Below are positions 49,405 to 59,334 of a DNA stretch of 64,000 bases, piece by piece (positions within the stretch are counted from its first letter, which is position 1; each line of letters opens with the position of its first letter). The notes beneath the pieces are model-generated. The model was not told the DNA's origin. It saw only the letters and a program-made list of their open reading frames with translations, and searched no databases. The stretch covers positions 7,216-71,215 of the forward strand of contig JABDFG010000007.1 in NCBI GenBank assembly GCA_013286655.1, given 5' to 3'. The position numbers were made by a program, and so were the translations under genes. This stretch comes from Bacteroidota bacterium. GTDB taxonomy: Bacteria > Bacteroidota > Bacteroidia > JABDFU01.

Positions 49405-50054
49405 TACACAGAGAAGGATACCCTACCATTGGTTTAACATTCTTGTTCAGCTTACTGATACTATTTCTGGCAGAGCATTATACAGGCAATAGCTTTGTAC
49501 ATGCCTTTGCCTATTCATTGTCCGGATTTCTTTTAATTACTGTCCTTCAGTTTTTTCGCAACCCTAAACGTACAACCATACTGAACGATAGCCAGGTCAT
49601 TGCACCTGCTGACGGAAAAGTAGTGGTAATTGAAGAAGTAGAAGAACCCGAATATTTTAAAGACAGACGCTTACAGCTTTCCATTTTCATGTCTCCGGTA
49701 AACGTACATGTAAACCGATTTCCAATCGGCGGTATTGTTAAATACATAAAATACCATGCCGGCCTGTATTTAGTTGCCTGGCACCCGAAATCATCCACAG
49801 AAAATGAACGCACAACTATTGTAGTTGAGCACAGCGGTGGAAAATCTGTCTTGTTCCGCCAGATAGCCGGAGCCATGGCCCGACGAATTGTTTATTATTG
49901 CAAAGAGAATGACACCGCCCGGCAAGGTGCTGAATTCGGTTTCATAAAATTCGGATCAAGAGTAGATATTTTTTTGCCGATCGGAACGAAAATAAATGTA
50001 AGTCTGAACGAAGCGGTCAGAGGTGGAGAAACTGTTATCGGAACATTTAATTAA
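49401..50054 (+). CDS. psd: Phosphatidylserine decarboxylase proenzyme
   Basis: FFRNP.R, APADGKVV, IFMSP.NVHVNR, FGSRVD autocleavage motif. Confidence 0.95.
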   Translation: MIHREGYPTIGLTFLFSLLILFLAEHYTGNSFVHAFAYSLSGFLLITVLQFFRNPKRTTILNDSQVIAPADGKVVVIEEVEEPEYFKDRRLQLSIFMSPVNVHVNRFPIGGIVKYIKYHAGLYLVAWHPKSSTENERTTIVVEHSGGKSVLFRQIAGAMARRIVYYCKENDTARQGAEFGFIKFGSRVDIFLPIGTKINVSLNEAVRGGETVIGTFN

Positions 50055-50062
50055 TAAGCCAA

Positions 50063-50545
50063 TTATTTCTTGTCCGGTATAAACTTCAGGGACACAGAAT
50101 TCACACAATAACGTAATCCGGTTTCCTTAGGACCATCGTCAAACACGTGTCCCAGGTGACCTCCACAACGGGCGCAGGTAATCTCCGTCCTTTTCATTCC
50201 CAAGGTATAATCCGGTGTTTCAATTATATGTCCTTTGGCAGCTTCCCGGTAAAAGCTGGGCCATCCACAGCCGGCATCGAACTTAGTATCCGATTTAAAC
50301 AATACATTTCCACAGGCCGCGCAAACATATGTACCCGGTTCAAAGGTCTTTTCATACTCTCCACTATATGGCCTTTCCGTACCTTTTTCCCGAAGCACCC
50401 GGTACTGTTCAGGGGTCAATACCCTTTTCCACTCCTCCTCACTTTTCTTAACAGTATCCTGCATGACAGTTATTTTATTTGTTGTCTTTGTACTGTCTCC
50501 GCACGAAGCACAATACAATCCAATTATAAACATCAATGTTTTCAT
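50063..50545 (-). CDS. msrB: Peptide-methionine (R)-S-oxide reductase, predicted lipoprotein (start likely ATG 50545)
   Basis: [39 protein letters not shown]; lipobox-like CASC. Confidence 0.95.
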   Translation of the reverse strand: MKTLMFIIGLYCASCGDSTKTTNKITVMQDTVKKSEEEWKRVLTPEQYRVLREKGTERPYSGEYEKTFEPGTYVCAACGNVLFKSDTKFDAGCGWPSFYREAAKGHIIETPDYTLGMKRTEITCARCGGHLGHVFDDGPKETGLRYCVNSVSLKFIPDKK

Positions 50546-50626
50546 TTCTTTATAAAGGTACGGACTAAGTGTCAAAAAAGCCAAACGAATATCTCCCGAC
50601 TATTTGTATTAGTCGCAAAATAATCC

Positions 50627-52894
50627 TTATGCTTTTACACTTGCCCGGATAATGTTAAGAGCACCACCTGCCTTGAACCATTCAATTTGCTGAGCATTAT
50701 AACTATGGTTTACCTTTATTTCATCCTTCGTTCCGTCTGCATGATGGAGTACCACCGTTAAAGGAATACCGGGTGTGAAATGTGTTAAGCCATTGATATC
50801 AATGTTATCATCCTCCAGCACTTTAGCATAATCCTCTTTGTTGGCAAAAGTAATCCCAAGCATACCTTGTTTCTTCAGGTTTGTTTCATGGATCCGTGCA
50901 AACGACTTTACCAATACCGCACGAACACCCAGGTGGCGCGGTTCCATTGCCGCATGCTCCCGGGAAGATCCTTCCCCATAGTTTTCATCCCCCACCACAA
51001 TTGAACCCATTCCTTTAGCTTTGTATTGTCGCTGAACTTGTGGTACCGATTGATATTCATCCGTCAATTGATTTTTTACGGAATCTGTTTTATCATTGAA
51101 AGCATTTACAGCCCCAATCAGCATATTATTGGAAATATTATCCAGGTGCCCGCGGAATTTAAGCCAAGGGCCTGCCATAGAAATATGATCAGTTGTACAT
51201 TTACCTTTGGCTTTGATCAATAGTTTGAGCCCTTTCATATCCGTTCCTTCCCAGGCTGAAAACGGATCCAGGAGTTGAAGACGATCCGATGCAGGCGAAA
51301 CCAAAACCTCCACCTTATCCCCATTCGCAGCAGGAGCCTGATAACCGGCATCCTTTACATCAAAACCCTTTGGAGGAAGTTCCAATCCTTCCGGTTCAGC
51401 CAATTTCACTTTTTCTCCCTTTTCGTTCGTAAGGTAATCCTTCAACGGGTTAAACGATAAATCTCCCGCCAGTGCAAGAGCGGTAACAATCTCCGGTGAG
51501 GCCACAAAAGCATGTGTATTCGGATTTCCATCATTCCGTTTCGCAAAATTTCGGTTAAAAGAAGTGATAATTGAATTTTTCCTGTTCGGGTCATTCGAAT
51601 GACGTGACCATTGTCCGATGCAAGGTCCGCAGGCATTTGCCAATACTACCCCTCCTATCTTTTCGAAGACCCCAAGGTAACCATCCCGTTCCACAGTATA
51701 GCGCACTTGTTCAGAACCAGGTGTGATCGTAAATTCCGATTTTGTTTTCAATCCTTTCTCAACCGCCTGTTTTGCCAGGGATGCCGAACGGGAAATATCT
51801 TCGTAAGAAGAATTGGTACAAGAGCCGATGAGCCCCACTTCCAATTTAGAAGGCCAGCCATTCTCCTTCACGGCTTGTGCGAATTGGGAGATCGGCCAGG
51901 CAAGATCCGGAGTAAATGGGCCATTTACATGCGGCTCCAACTCAGAGAGATTAATCTCTATCACCTGGTCAAAATAGTTTGCAGGAGAAGCATATACCTC
52001 CCGATCCCCGCGCAGGTGTTCTTTTACTTTATCCGCCAGTTCAGCCACTTCCTTCCGTTCCGTTCCCTTCAGGTAAGCACTCATTTTTTCATCGTAACCA
52101 AAAACAGAAGTAGTCGCTCCAATTTCTGCACCCATATTACAGATAGTCCCCTTTCCCGTACAGGAAAGCGAATCTGCTCCTTCTCCGAAATATTCAAGTA
52201 TAGCATCCGTGCCACCCTTCACAGTAAGTATCCCGGCAACTTTCAGAATTACGTCTTTCGAAGAAGTCCATCCACTTAATTTTCCCGTCAGTTTTACCCC
52301 AATAATTTTGGGCATTTTTAATTCCCAGGGAAGTCCAGCCATCACATCACAGGCATCAGCACCACCCACACCAATAGCAATCATTCCCAATCCACCCGCA
52401 TTCACTGTATGCGAATCCGTACCGATCATTAATCCACCCGGAAATGCATAGTTTTCCAGTATCACCTGATGAATAATCCCGGCCCCCGGTTTCCAGAAAC
52501 CAATACCGTACTTATTAGAAACCGAAGAAAGAAAATTATAAACTTCCTCATTTGTCTTTATAGCCCGTTGCAAATCTTCCTTAGCCCCCGACATAGCAGT
52601 AATCAGGTGATCACAATGTACCGTAGAAGGAACGGCCACTTTGGGGCGGCCGGCCTGCATAAATTGCAGCAAGGCCATTTGGGCGGTAGCATCCTGCATA
52701 GCAACACGGTCAGGATTAAAATCCACATACGATTTTCCGCGTTCATACGGTTTTACGGGCAATGCCTCCGAAAGATGCGCATACAGAATTTTTTCAGTAA
52801 GCGTCAGAGGTTTACCAACCAATTTGCGTGCAGCAGCAATTTTATCAGGAAGAGCAGCATACACCTTTTTGATCATTTCAATGTCAAAAGCCAT
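50627..52894 (-). CDS. acnA: Aconitate hydratase (mitochondrial-type, 755 aa)
   Basis: [58 protein letters not shown]. Confidence 0.96.
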   Translation of the reverse strand: MAFDIEMIKKVYAALPDKIAAARKLVGKPLTLTEKILYAHLSEALPVKPYERGKSYVDFNPDRVAMQDATAQMALLQFMQAGRPKVAVPSTVHCDHLITAMSGAKEDLQRAIKTNEEVYNFLSSVSNKYGIGFWKPGAGIIHQVILENYAFPGGLMIGTDSHTVNAGGLGMIAIGVGGADACDVMAGLPWELKMPKIIGVKLTGKLSGWTSSKDVILKVAGILTVKGGTDAILEYFGEGADSLSCTGKGTICNMGAEIGATTSVFGYDEKMSAYLKGTERKEVAELADKVKEHLRGDREVYASPANYFDQVIEINLSELEPHVNGPFTPDLAWPISQFAQAVKENGWPSKLEVGLIGSCTNSSYEDISRSASLAKQAVEKGLKTKSEFTITPGSEQVRYTVERDGYLGVFEKIGGVVLANACGPCIGQWSRHSNDPNRKNSIITSFNRNFAKRNDGNPNTHAFVASPEIVTALALAGDLSFNPLKDYLTNEKGEKVKLAEPEGLELPPKGFDVKDAGYQAPAANGDKVEVLVSPASDRLQLLDPFSAWEGTDMKGLKLLIKAKGKCTTDHISMAGPWLKFRGHLDNISNNMLIGAVNAFNDKTDSVKNQLTDEYQSVPQVQRQYKAKGMGSIVVGDENYGEGSSREHAAMEPRHLGVRAVLVKSFARIHETNLKKQGMLGITFANKEDYAKVLEDDNIDINGLTHFTPGIPLTVVLHHADGTKDEIKVNHSYNAQQIEWFKAGGALNIIRASVKA

Positions 52895-52967
52895 GTTTTT
52901 TTAATATTAGTTGTCTACTAAACGAAAGTAACAAATTCTAAGTTTTTCAGATACAAAAGCCAAAAAC

Positions 52968-53075
52968 TTATTCACGGTGATGATGCCATCTCCAATGACG
53001 ATGACCATTTTCAACAATACAGGAAGAGAAAAAAACACCTGCAATAACGGCGATAATAATCACTGATTTCTTCAT
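52968..53075 (-). CDS. Tiny His/Trp/Arg-rich lipoprotein, 35 aa (not in ORF track)
   Basis: MKKSVIIIAVIAGVFFSSC-IVENGHRHWRWHHHRE*; basic N-terminus, hydrophobic core, lipobox FSSC; A-rich sequence before ATG. Confidence 0.72.
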   Translation of the reverse strand: MKKSVIIIAVIAGVFFSSCIVENGHRHWRWHHHRE

Positions 53076-53330
53076 AACGCTTTGTTTATTTAATTAAACT
53101 TTTGAAATATAAAGGACGAAATCGTTAATGGGCATAAATTTACAAAATATACTTGTCTGGGTATTAATCCAAAAGGTATTATTCCTCAAATGGAGCCCCC
53201 ATACCCTTTTTTTCTAACTTTAGATCCCAAAAGCTATTCTTTATTCTACATGAAGCATTTCGACTTTTATGCGATCATCCAATAAAACGGGTCGGTGTAT
53301 CGAGCAGGTATTACCTAGATTTTAAAAACC

Positions 53331-54575
53331 ATGAACCGGCTCCTGTTAGAGAACATAAAAACCTCCCTTCAATCTATCCGGAGCCAACTGCTTCGCACCA
53401 TTCTCACCATTTTGATCATTTCCATTGGAATCATGGCCCTGATCGGAATTTTAACAGCCATTGAAGTAATTAAATCATCCATCAATGGAAAATTTACCAA
53501 CATGGGAGCCAATACCTTCACGATTCGCAATCGTGAAACCACTATACGCATCGGTAAACGCGGCATGGGGCCAAAAAATTACAAGGCTATTAGCTACGAA
53601 GATGCACTTCGGTTTAAAAAGCAGTTTAACTATCCTGGCTCCCTTTCTTCTATATCTGTAAGAGCAACGGCCGGTGCTACCCTCAAGTACAAGTCACAAA
53701 AAAGCAATCCAAATATCTTTGTTTTCGGGGTGGACGAAAATTACCTGGCGACTTCCGGTTACGACATAGCAAGCGGCCGCAATTTTTCCCTGCAGGAAAT
53801 CTTATCCGGAACAAATGCCATACTGCTCGGGCAAGACGCAATGAAAGCCATTTTCGATAAAAAAGAAGCCCCCCTTGATAAAGAAATAACCCTGGGAGGC
53901 ATCAAATATAAAGTTGCCGGCATTCTCAAGGAAAAAGGAAATGCCGCTGGTTTTGGAGGAGACAAAATCTGCCTGATTCCCCTAAACAGTGCCAGACAAG
54001 ACTTCTCCCGTCCGGACATGTCTTACATGATCAGTGTATTATCCCCCGGAGCCCAACAAATAGATGCTGCGGTTGGCGAAGCCACCGGAACCATGCGGGT
54101 CATTCGAAAGATTCTTCCGGGTCAGGATGATAATTTCGACCTGAGCAAAAGCGACAACCTGGCCAACCTGTTAATCGACAACCTTCAAAAAGTAACCATT
54201 GGAGCAACCGCAATTGGATTTATTACTCTTTTGGGAGCTGCAATCGGACTCATGAATATTATGCTGGTATCCGTTTCTGAACGCACCAGGGAAATTGGTG
54301 TACGCAAAGCCCTTGGGGCAAACAAAACAACCATACGCCGGCAATTCCTGATCGAAGCAATTGTAATTTGTCAACTGGGAGGCTTGCTTGGCATTTTATT
54401 AGGAGTTTCAGCCGGCAACCTCCTTGCCCTGCAATTTGACGTAGCCTTTATAATTCCCTGGGTATGGGTGATCAGCGGGATTATACTATGTATTGCAGTA
54501 GGAATATTATCAGGAATTTATCCGGCTATTAAAGCATCTAATTTAGATCCGATTGAAGCGCTGAGGACAGAATAA
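53331..54575 (+). CDS. ABC transporter permease (MacB/FtsX family)
   Basis: RTILTILIISIGI; GLMNIMLVSVSERTREIGVRKALGA; YPAIKASNLDPIEALR. Confidence 0.93.
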   Translation: MNRLLLENIKTSLQSIRSQLLRTILTILIISIGIMALIGILTAIEVIKSSINGKFTNMGANTFTIRNRETTIRIGKRGMGPKNYKAISYEDALRFKKQFNYPGSLSSISVRATAGATLKYKSQKSNPNIFVFGVDENYLATSGYDIASGRNFSLQEILSGTNAILLGQDAMKAIFDKKEAPLDKEITLGGIKYKVAGILKEKGNAAGFGGDKICLIPLNSARQDFSRPDMSYMISVLSPGAQQIDAAVGEATGTMRVIRKILPGQDDNFDLSKSDNLANLLIDNLQKVTIGATAIGFITLLGAAIGLMNIMLVSVSERTREIGVRKALGANKTTIRRQFLIEAIVICQLGGLLGILLGVSAGNLLALQFDVAFIIPWVWVISGIILCIAVGILSGIYPAIKASNLDPIEALRTE

Positions 54576-54632
54576 CCGGAGACTTTAGTATCCACTTAAG
54601 AAAGAATATCTTTGAATATAATTAGTTAACAA

Positions 54633-55772
54633 ATGTTAAAAATAATTACACTGATAGGTGCCCGTCCGCAGATCATAAAAGCAGCTGCATTAAGCAGAGC
54701 CATACGAAATAATTTTTCAGACAAACTGAAAGAAGTCATTGTACATACAGGGCAGCATTACGACGAAAACATGAGCCAGGTGTTTTTTTATGAATTACAG
54801 ATACCCGCACCCGATTACAATCTCAACATCGGCTCCGCTTCGCATGGCAAACAAACGGCGGCTATGATCGTCGGAATAGAAGAAATACTTGAAAAAGAAA
54901 AACCGGCCTACCTGATTGTATATGGAGACACCAATTCAACCCTTGCGGGCAGTATTGCGGCCGCCAAGATGCAAGTGCCTGTTATACATATAGAAGCAGG
55001 ACTTCGTTCTTTTAACAAAGCCATGCCGGAGGAGATCAACCGCATTCTATGCGATCACATTTCAACCCGGCTCTTCTCCCCTACAAAAGCCGGTTATCTG
55101 AATTTGCTGAAAGAAGGATTCAAGGAAAACAACAGCCCTCCCTATTCTGCAGACAATCCCAGAATTTATCATTGCGGAGATGTAATGTACGATAACAGTT
55201 TATATTTTTCGACAGTCGCTGAACAAAAAACAGGGATCATCGGACGACTGGATTTACAAAAAGGACAGTATATTTTGGCAACCATACACAGAAATAACAA
55301 CACAGACGAACCCAAACGCTTGTCTTCCTTATTCCGTGTTCTGTTGAAATTATCATCGGACGAACGGATATCAATTGTACTTCCATTGCACCCCCGCACA
55401 GCCAAACTACTTGACAAGAACCTGGAAGCCAACCTGCATCAACAAGTAAAGAAAAGCCCTTTTATAAAAATAATTCCTCCCGTTTCTTTCCTGGAAATGA
55501 TTGCTCTTGAAAAAAACTGTCAATTAGTGATGACCGATTCAGGAGGCGTTCAAAAAGAGGCTTTCTTTTTCAAAAAGCCCTGTATCATTTTACGTTCAGA
55601 GACAGAATGGGTGGAACTGGTTGAATGCGGTAGTGCGATCCTCACGGATGCCGACGAAAAAAAAATAGAGGACGCATATCACCATTTTGCAGATAAACCC
55701 AACCTGCAATTTCCCGAACTCTTTGGAGATGGGAAAGCTGCTGAATTTATTTGTTCAGAGCTTTTGAAATAA
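54633..55772 (+). CDS. wecB: UDP-N-acetylglucosamine 2-epimerase (non-hydrolysing)
   Basis: GARPQIIK, HTGQHYD, YGDTNST, HIEAGLRS, MPEEINR, TDSGGVQKEA; TATCTTTG -7 element at 54607-54614. Confidence 0.94.
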   Translation: MLKIITLIGARPQIIKAAALSRAIRNNFSDKLKEVIVHTGQHYDENMSQVFFYELQIPAPDYNLNIGSASHGKQTAAMIVGIEEILEKEKPAYLIVYGDTNSTLAGSIAAAKMQVPVIHIEAGLRSFNKAMPEEINRILCDHISTRLFSPTKAGYLNLLKEGFKENNSPPYSADNPRIYHCGDVMYDNSLYFSTVAEQKTGIIGRLDLQKGQYILATIHRNNNTDEPKRLSSLFRVLLKLSSDERISIVLPLHPRTAKLLDKNLEANLHQQVKKSPFIKIIPPVSFLEMIALEKNCQLVMTDSGGVQKEAFFFKKPCIILRSETEWVELVECGSAILTDADEKKIEDAYHHFADKPNLQFPELFGDGKAAEFICSELLK

Positions 55773-55800
55773 ATCCAGCACGACCTTGCTAATTTTAGTC

Positions 55801-58800
55801 CTACTTAACCAACGTAACATTTCCTCTTCCGTTTATGTTTTGTCCATTTGATAAAGTAGCCGTCAGGTAATAAGCGAAAACTCCCGTTTCCATTGTTTTA
55901 CCCTTAAAAGTCCCGTCCCAACCCGTTGCTGGATTTGTGGTTTCAAATACCACTTCTCCCCAGCGGTCAAACAGTTGAAAATGCAGTTGGGTGGCACAGA
56001 GTGCTCCCCTCACATAGAGTATATCATTCTGTCCATCTCCGTTGGGTGAAAAGGCGGTAGGAACAAACACATTCTTTGAATCGCAAGGGTTCGGCACCTC
56101 CTCGATAGCAATTTGTATACTAGCGGTCTCCGAACAACTGTTGACGCCGGTAACCGTTACTGTATAGTTTGTTGTTTGGGTTGGATCCGCAATAGGATTA
56201 TAGATTGTGTCACTGTTCAAGGATGAAGAGGGTGTCCATAAATAAGTTTTCCCTCCGCTTGAATTAGCTATTAGCTGAACAAATTGCCCTTTTTTTATGG
56301 CAGTATCCGGTCCGACCATAACGGAGGGATTAGCTAGTTGAAGAATAGTTACTGTTTTGGTAGCCGTGCATCCAGTCCCGTCTGTTACAGTAACGGTATA
56401 GGTTCCTCCGGGAAGATTATTTTGATTTTGTGTGGTGGAACCATTACTCCAGACATACGTATTTGCCATAGCGGTAGCTGATAAAGTGATGGCTCCATTC
56501 ATTTTTCCCTGACAGGTATTGATTGAATCTACCACATTTACTTTTGGCCCATTACTGTTTTGAATAGTAGCAGAGGAGGTACCGGAACATCCCTTTGTGT
56601 CAGTAACAGTAACCGTATAAGTACCCGCTCCTATATTATTATTGGTTACTCCTGTAATCAGATTGCTCCAGGTATAAGTCAGCATACCTGTCCCCCCTGT
56701 CGCCATCACTTCAGCACTCCCATCAGACAAATTGCAAACCGCCGGCGCTAGTTGTGCGGCTGTCACATTGATTGCCGGCAAAATCATTACCGTTACCGTT
56801 GCAGTAGCAAAAGAACAACCCGTTGTTGAGTTCCCTGTTACTGTATAAGTCGTTGTCATTGCCGGATCAGTTTTCACAGTTGCTGCACTGATTGAACTTA
56901 GCCCTGCAGCTGGGCTCCAGGAATAACTGATTGCCCCGCCTGCAGATAATGAGCTCGAATCTCCTGAGCAGGAAGAAATATCAGGACTCAGCGTGAGAAC
57001 TTCACATGCAATGCTGAACTTTGCTATAAAAGCAGTTTCGTTTGTTCCAATGCTTGGATTGAAATAAGCCAGGCCACCTGGATTAAGTACAGGAAATGCC
57101 CCATTTGGTTCAGCATCTCCAGCAACAAATACATTCATTCCATCACTGGCAATATAGGTTCCATCACCAGTCATTTCTGTATCATCTCCGTAATAAGTGG
57201 CCCATAAACGGATACCAGAGGTAGTGAACTGTAAAATAAATGAATCATTGCTTCCTGCCGCGAGTCCCCCTTTATAATAACTGCAGGCCGAATTCAAAGT
57301 TGGAAAATTTTGTGATGTGGTTGAACCACTTACCCATACATTCGAACCGTCACTTTGGATAGAATTACCTACATCTCCAACTCCACCACTTCCCCCGTAA
57401 TAAGTCGCCCATATTAGATCGCTGGTTGCACAATTAAACTGCAGAACAAATGCGTTAGTAGCCCCGACTCCTCCTAAAGTTGCCTGCTTGTATGCTCCGA
57501 CCGGAAATTGTGTTGGGAAAGTTGCTGAAGATGTCGATCCTGTCACCCATACATTCCTGCTATCACTATAAATAGAGGTACCTATTCCCTCTCCATAGTA
57601 AGTAGCCCAAATTGCTGCACCAGTAGACCTGAATTGTAAAATAAAAACATCTCCGTTACCATTGGATACAGATTGATTGTAGGCACCCACTTTAGATTTA
57701 GTCGGAAAATCCGTTGAGTGAGCAGAACCCGTTACCCATACATTCGCGCCATCACTATAAATAGAATTACCCACATCTCCACTTATAGTGCTACCACCAT
57801 AATAGGTCGCCCATATGCAGATATCCGTAGAACAATCAAATTTTAAAACAAAGGCATTCCTGTTCCCATTGAGCCAAGGCTGCTGGTAAGTTCCGGCAGG
57901 AAAAAGAGTAGGCAAATCTGTTGATTGAGTGGAACCCGTCACCCATACATTCGTTCCATCACTGCTTATAGAGTACCCTTGATCAAAATTACTCCCTCCA
58001 TAGTAGGTCGCCCAAATTCTTGTGCTTGCAACACAGCTGAACTGCAGAATAAAAGCATTCATGTGTCCTTTAAGCGACGCCTGGTAAGCACCACCAGGGA
58101 AAAGAGTGGGAAAGTCTGCTGAATTTGTATTTCCTGTGACCCAAACATTCTTCCCATCACTGCTGATAGAATTCCCTGCATCGCTTCCACTTCCACCATA
58201 ATAAGTAGACCACAGTAACTTACCACAACTACTAAACTGGAGAATGATCAAATCTGTCATTCCCTCGAAAGTTCCCTGAATATAAGCTCCGCCTCCTGTA
58301 TTAGCAATTGGAAAGCCAGGTGAATTGGAAGATCCAGTCAGCCAGACATTTTTACCATCGGCATTCATAGAAAAAATTTCCTCAAAGACATTTCCACCAT
58401 AATAGCTCGCCCATATTAAGGTAGGATCTATTATTAACGTTTCTGCCGTATCATACTTTTCCACTTTAAATCCTATTAAATCACCTTTCAAGACGTATCG
58501 GGTATTTATTTTTTTCTCTTTATCATACCTATAGCTTATTGGTATACCTTCTACGATATCTCCCATAAGTGTACTTATTTTCATCGAACCATCTTTTTGC
58601 AATTGAGGCTTATCAGTCCATTTATACCTGAACCTTATCAGTGACGGATCAGCTCCGGGATGTACAACAAAATCATATTCAAGTCCACCCACATTTTTCA
58701 AATCTTTCATCCCAAATCCTGAATTCTGATCCTTTTGGTACAATACCCAGTCTATCCCAGGATATATATTTTTAATCGTAATTTTTTCATAGCTGTGTAC

Positions 58801-59334
58801 ATTCATTATTCCATCTGGACAATGGGCAAGATAATAGTCTATACGATCTTCGCTTTCATATTCCTTTTTAATGTTTCTTTTTTTTATGTCTGCTCCCACT
58901 AATTCCATATCCGCACGACAATAGTGAATTGCTGTGTTTTCATTTTTGTGAGTATCCCTTCCGGATAATTGACATGAATTGCTAAGCTGTGGTATAACTG
59001 ACTTCTCCATTTTAGTAAACACATAACTCAAACCCCAGGTGGTGATATATATATCCGCTCCAGTTCCACTTGCTTTAAACAAGAGGTTCGTATCTGCAAT
59101 ACACTTACCCGCTCCATTCTCCACAGAATAACCGTCCTGCATGTTTACCATTTGTCCTTTGTTTTCTAGAAAACGAAGCGTCCCACCTGCTGGCCCGATA
59201 CTCTTATGGGTATCGTCCATATCCTGAATCCAGTTCTGAATCTTGGACTCCAGGGCAGGATCACTTCTACCCATAGCAGGTAACGCAACCGCAATAATTA
59301 TCAAATAGATAAAAAATCGAATTTCTTTTTCCAC
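55801..59334 (-). CDS. Large T9SS cargo A: SBBP-like beta-propeller repeats, SprB/Ig-like repeats, type-B (gliding-motility-associated) CTD
   Basis: FLENKGQ, YPGIDW..YDFVVHPGADP, LIIDP, repeated WATYYGG..D.GNSI.SDG.NVWVTG.T.S.DFP, GTYTVTVTD, PTAFSPNGDGQND...FDRWGE. Confidence 0.88.
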   Translation of the reverse strand: MEKEIRFFIYLIIIAVALPAMGRSDPALESKIQNWIQDMDDTHKSIGPAGGTLRFLENKGQMVNMQDGYSVENGAGKCIADTNLLFKASGTGADIYITTWGLSYVFTKMEKSVIPQLSNSCQLSGRDTHKNENTAIHYCRADMELVGADIKKRNIKKEYESEDRIDYYLAHCPDGIMNVHSYEKITIKNIYPGIDWVLYQKDQNSGFGMKDLKNVGGLEYDFVVHPGADPSLIRFRYKWTDKPQLQKDGSMKISTLMGDIVEGIPISYRYDKEKKINTRYVLKGDLIGFKVEKYDTAETLIIDPTLIWASYYGGNVFEEIFSMNADGKNVWLTGSSNSPGFPIANTGGGAYIQGTFEGMTDLIILQFSSCGKLLWSTYYGGSGSDAGNSISSDGKNVWVTGNTNSADFPTLFPGGAYQASLKGHMNAFILQFSCVASTRIWATYYGGSNFDQGYSISSDGTNVWVTGSTQSTDLPTLFPAGTYQQPWLNGNRNAFVLKFDCSTDICIWATYYGGSTISGDVGNSIYSDGANVWVTGSAHSTDFPTKSKVGAYNQSVSNGNGDVFILQFRSTGAAIWATYYGEGIGTSIYSDSRNVWVTGSTSSATFPTQFPVGAYKQATLGGVGATNAFVLQFNCATSDLIWATYYGGSGGVGDVGNSIQSDGSNVWVSGSTTSQNFPTLNSACSYYKGGLAAGSNDSFILQFTTSGIRLWATYYGDDTEMTGDGTYIASDGMNVFVAGDAEPNGAFPVLNPGGLAYFNPSIGTNETAFIAKFSIACEVLTLSPDISSCSGDSSSLSAGGAISYSWSPAAGLSSISAATVKTDPAMTTTYTVTGNSTTGCSFATATVTVMILPAINVTAAQLAPAVCNLSDGSAEVMATGGTGMLTYTWSNLITGVTNNNIGAGTYTVTVTDTKGCSGTSSATIQNSNGPKVNVVDSINTCQGKMNGAITLSATAMANTYVWSNGSTTQNQNNLPGGTYTVTVTDGTGCTATKTVTILQLANPSVMVGPDTAIKKGQFVQLIANSSGGKTYLWTPSSSLNSDTIYNPIADPTQTTNYTVTVTGVNSCSETASIQIAIEEVPNPCDSKNVFVPTAFSPNGDGQNDILYVRGALCATQLHFQLFDRWGEVVFETTNPATGWDGTFKGKTMETGVFAYYLTATLSNGQNINGRGNVTLVK

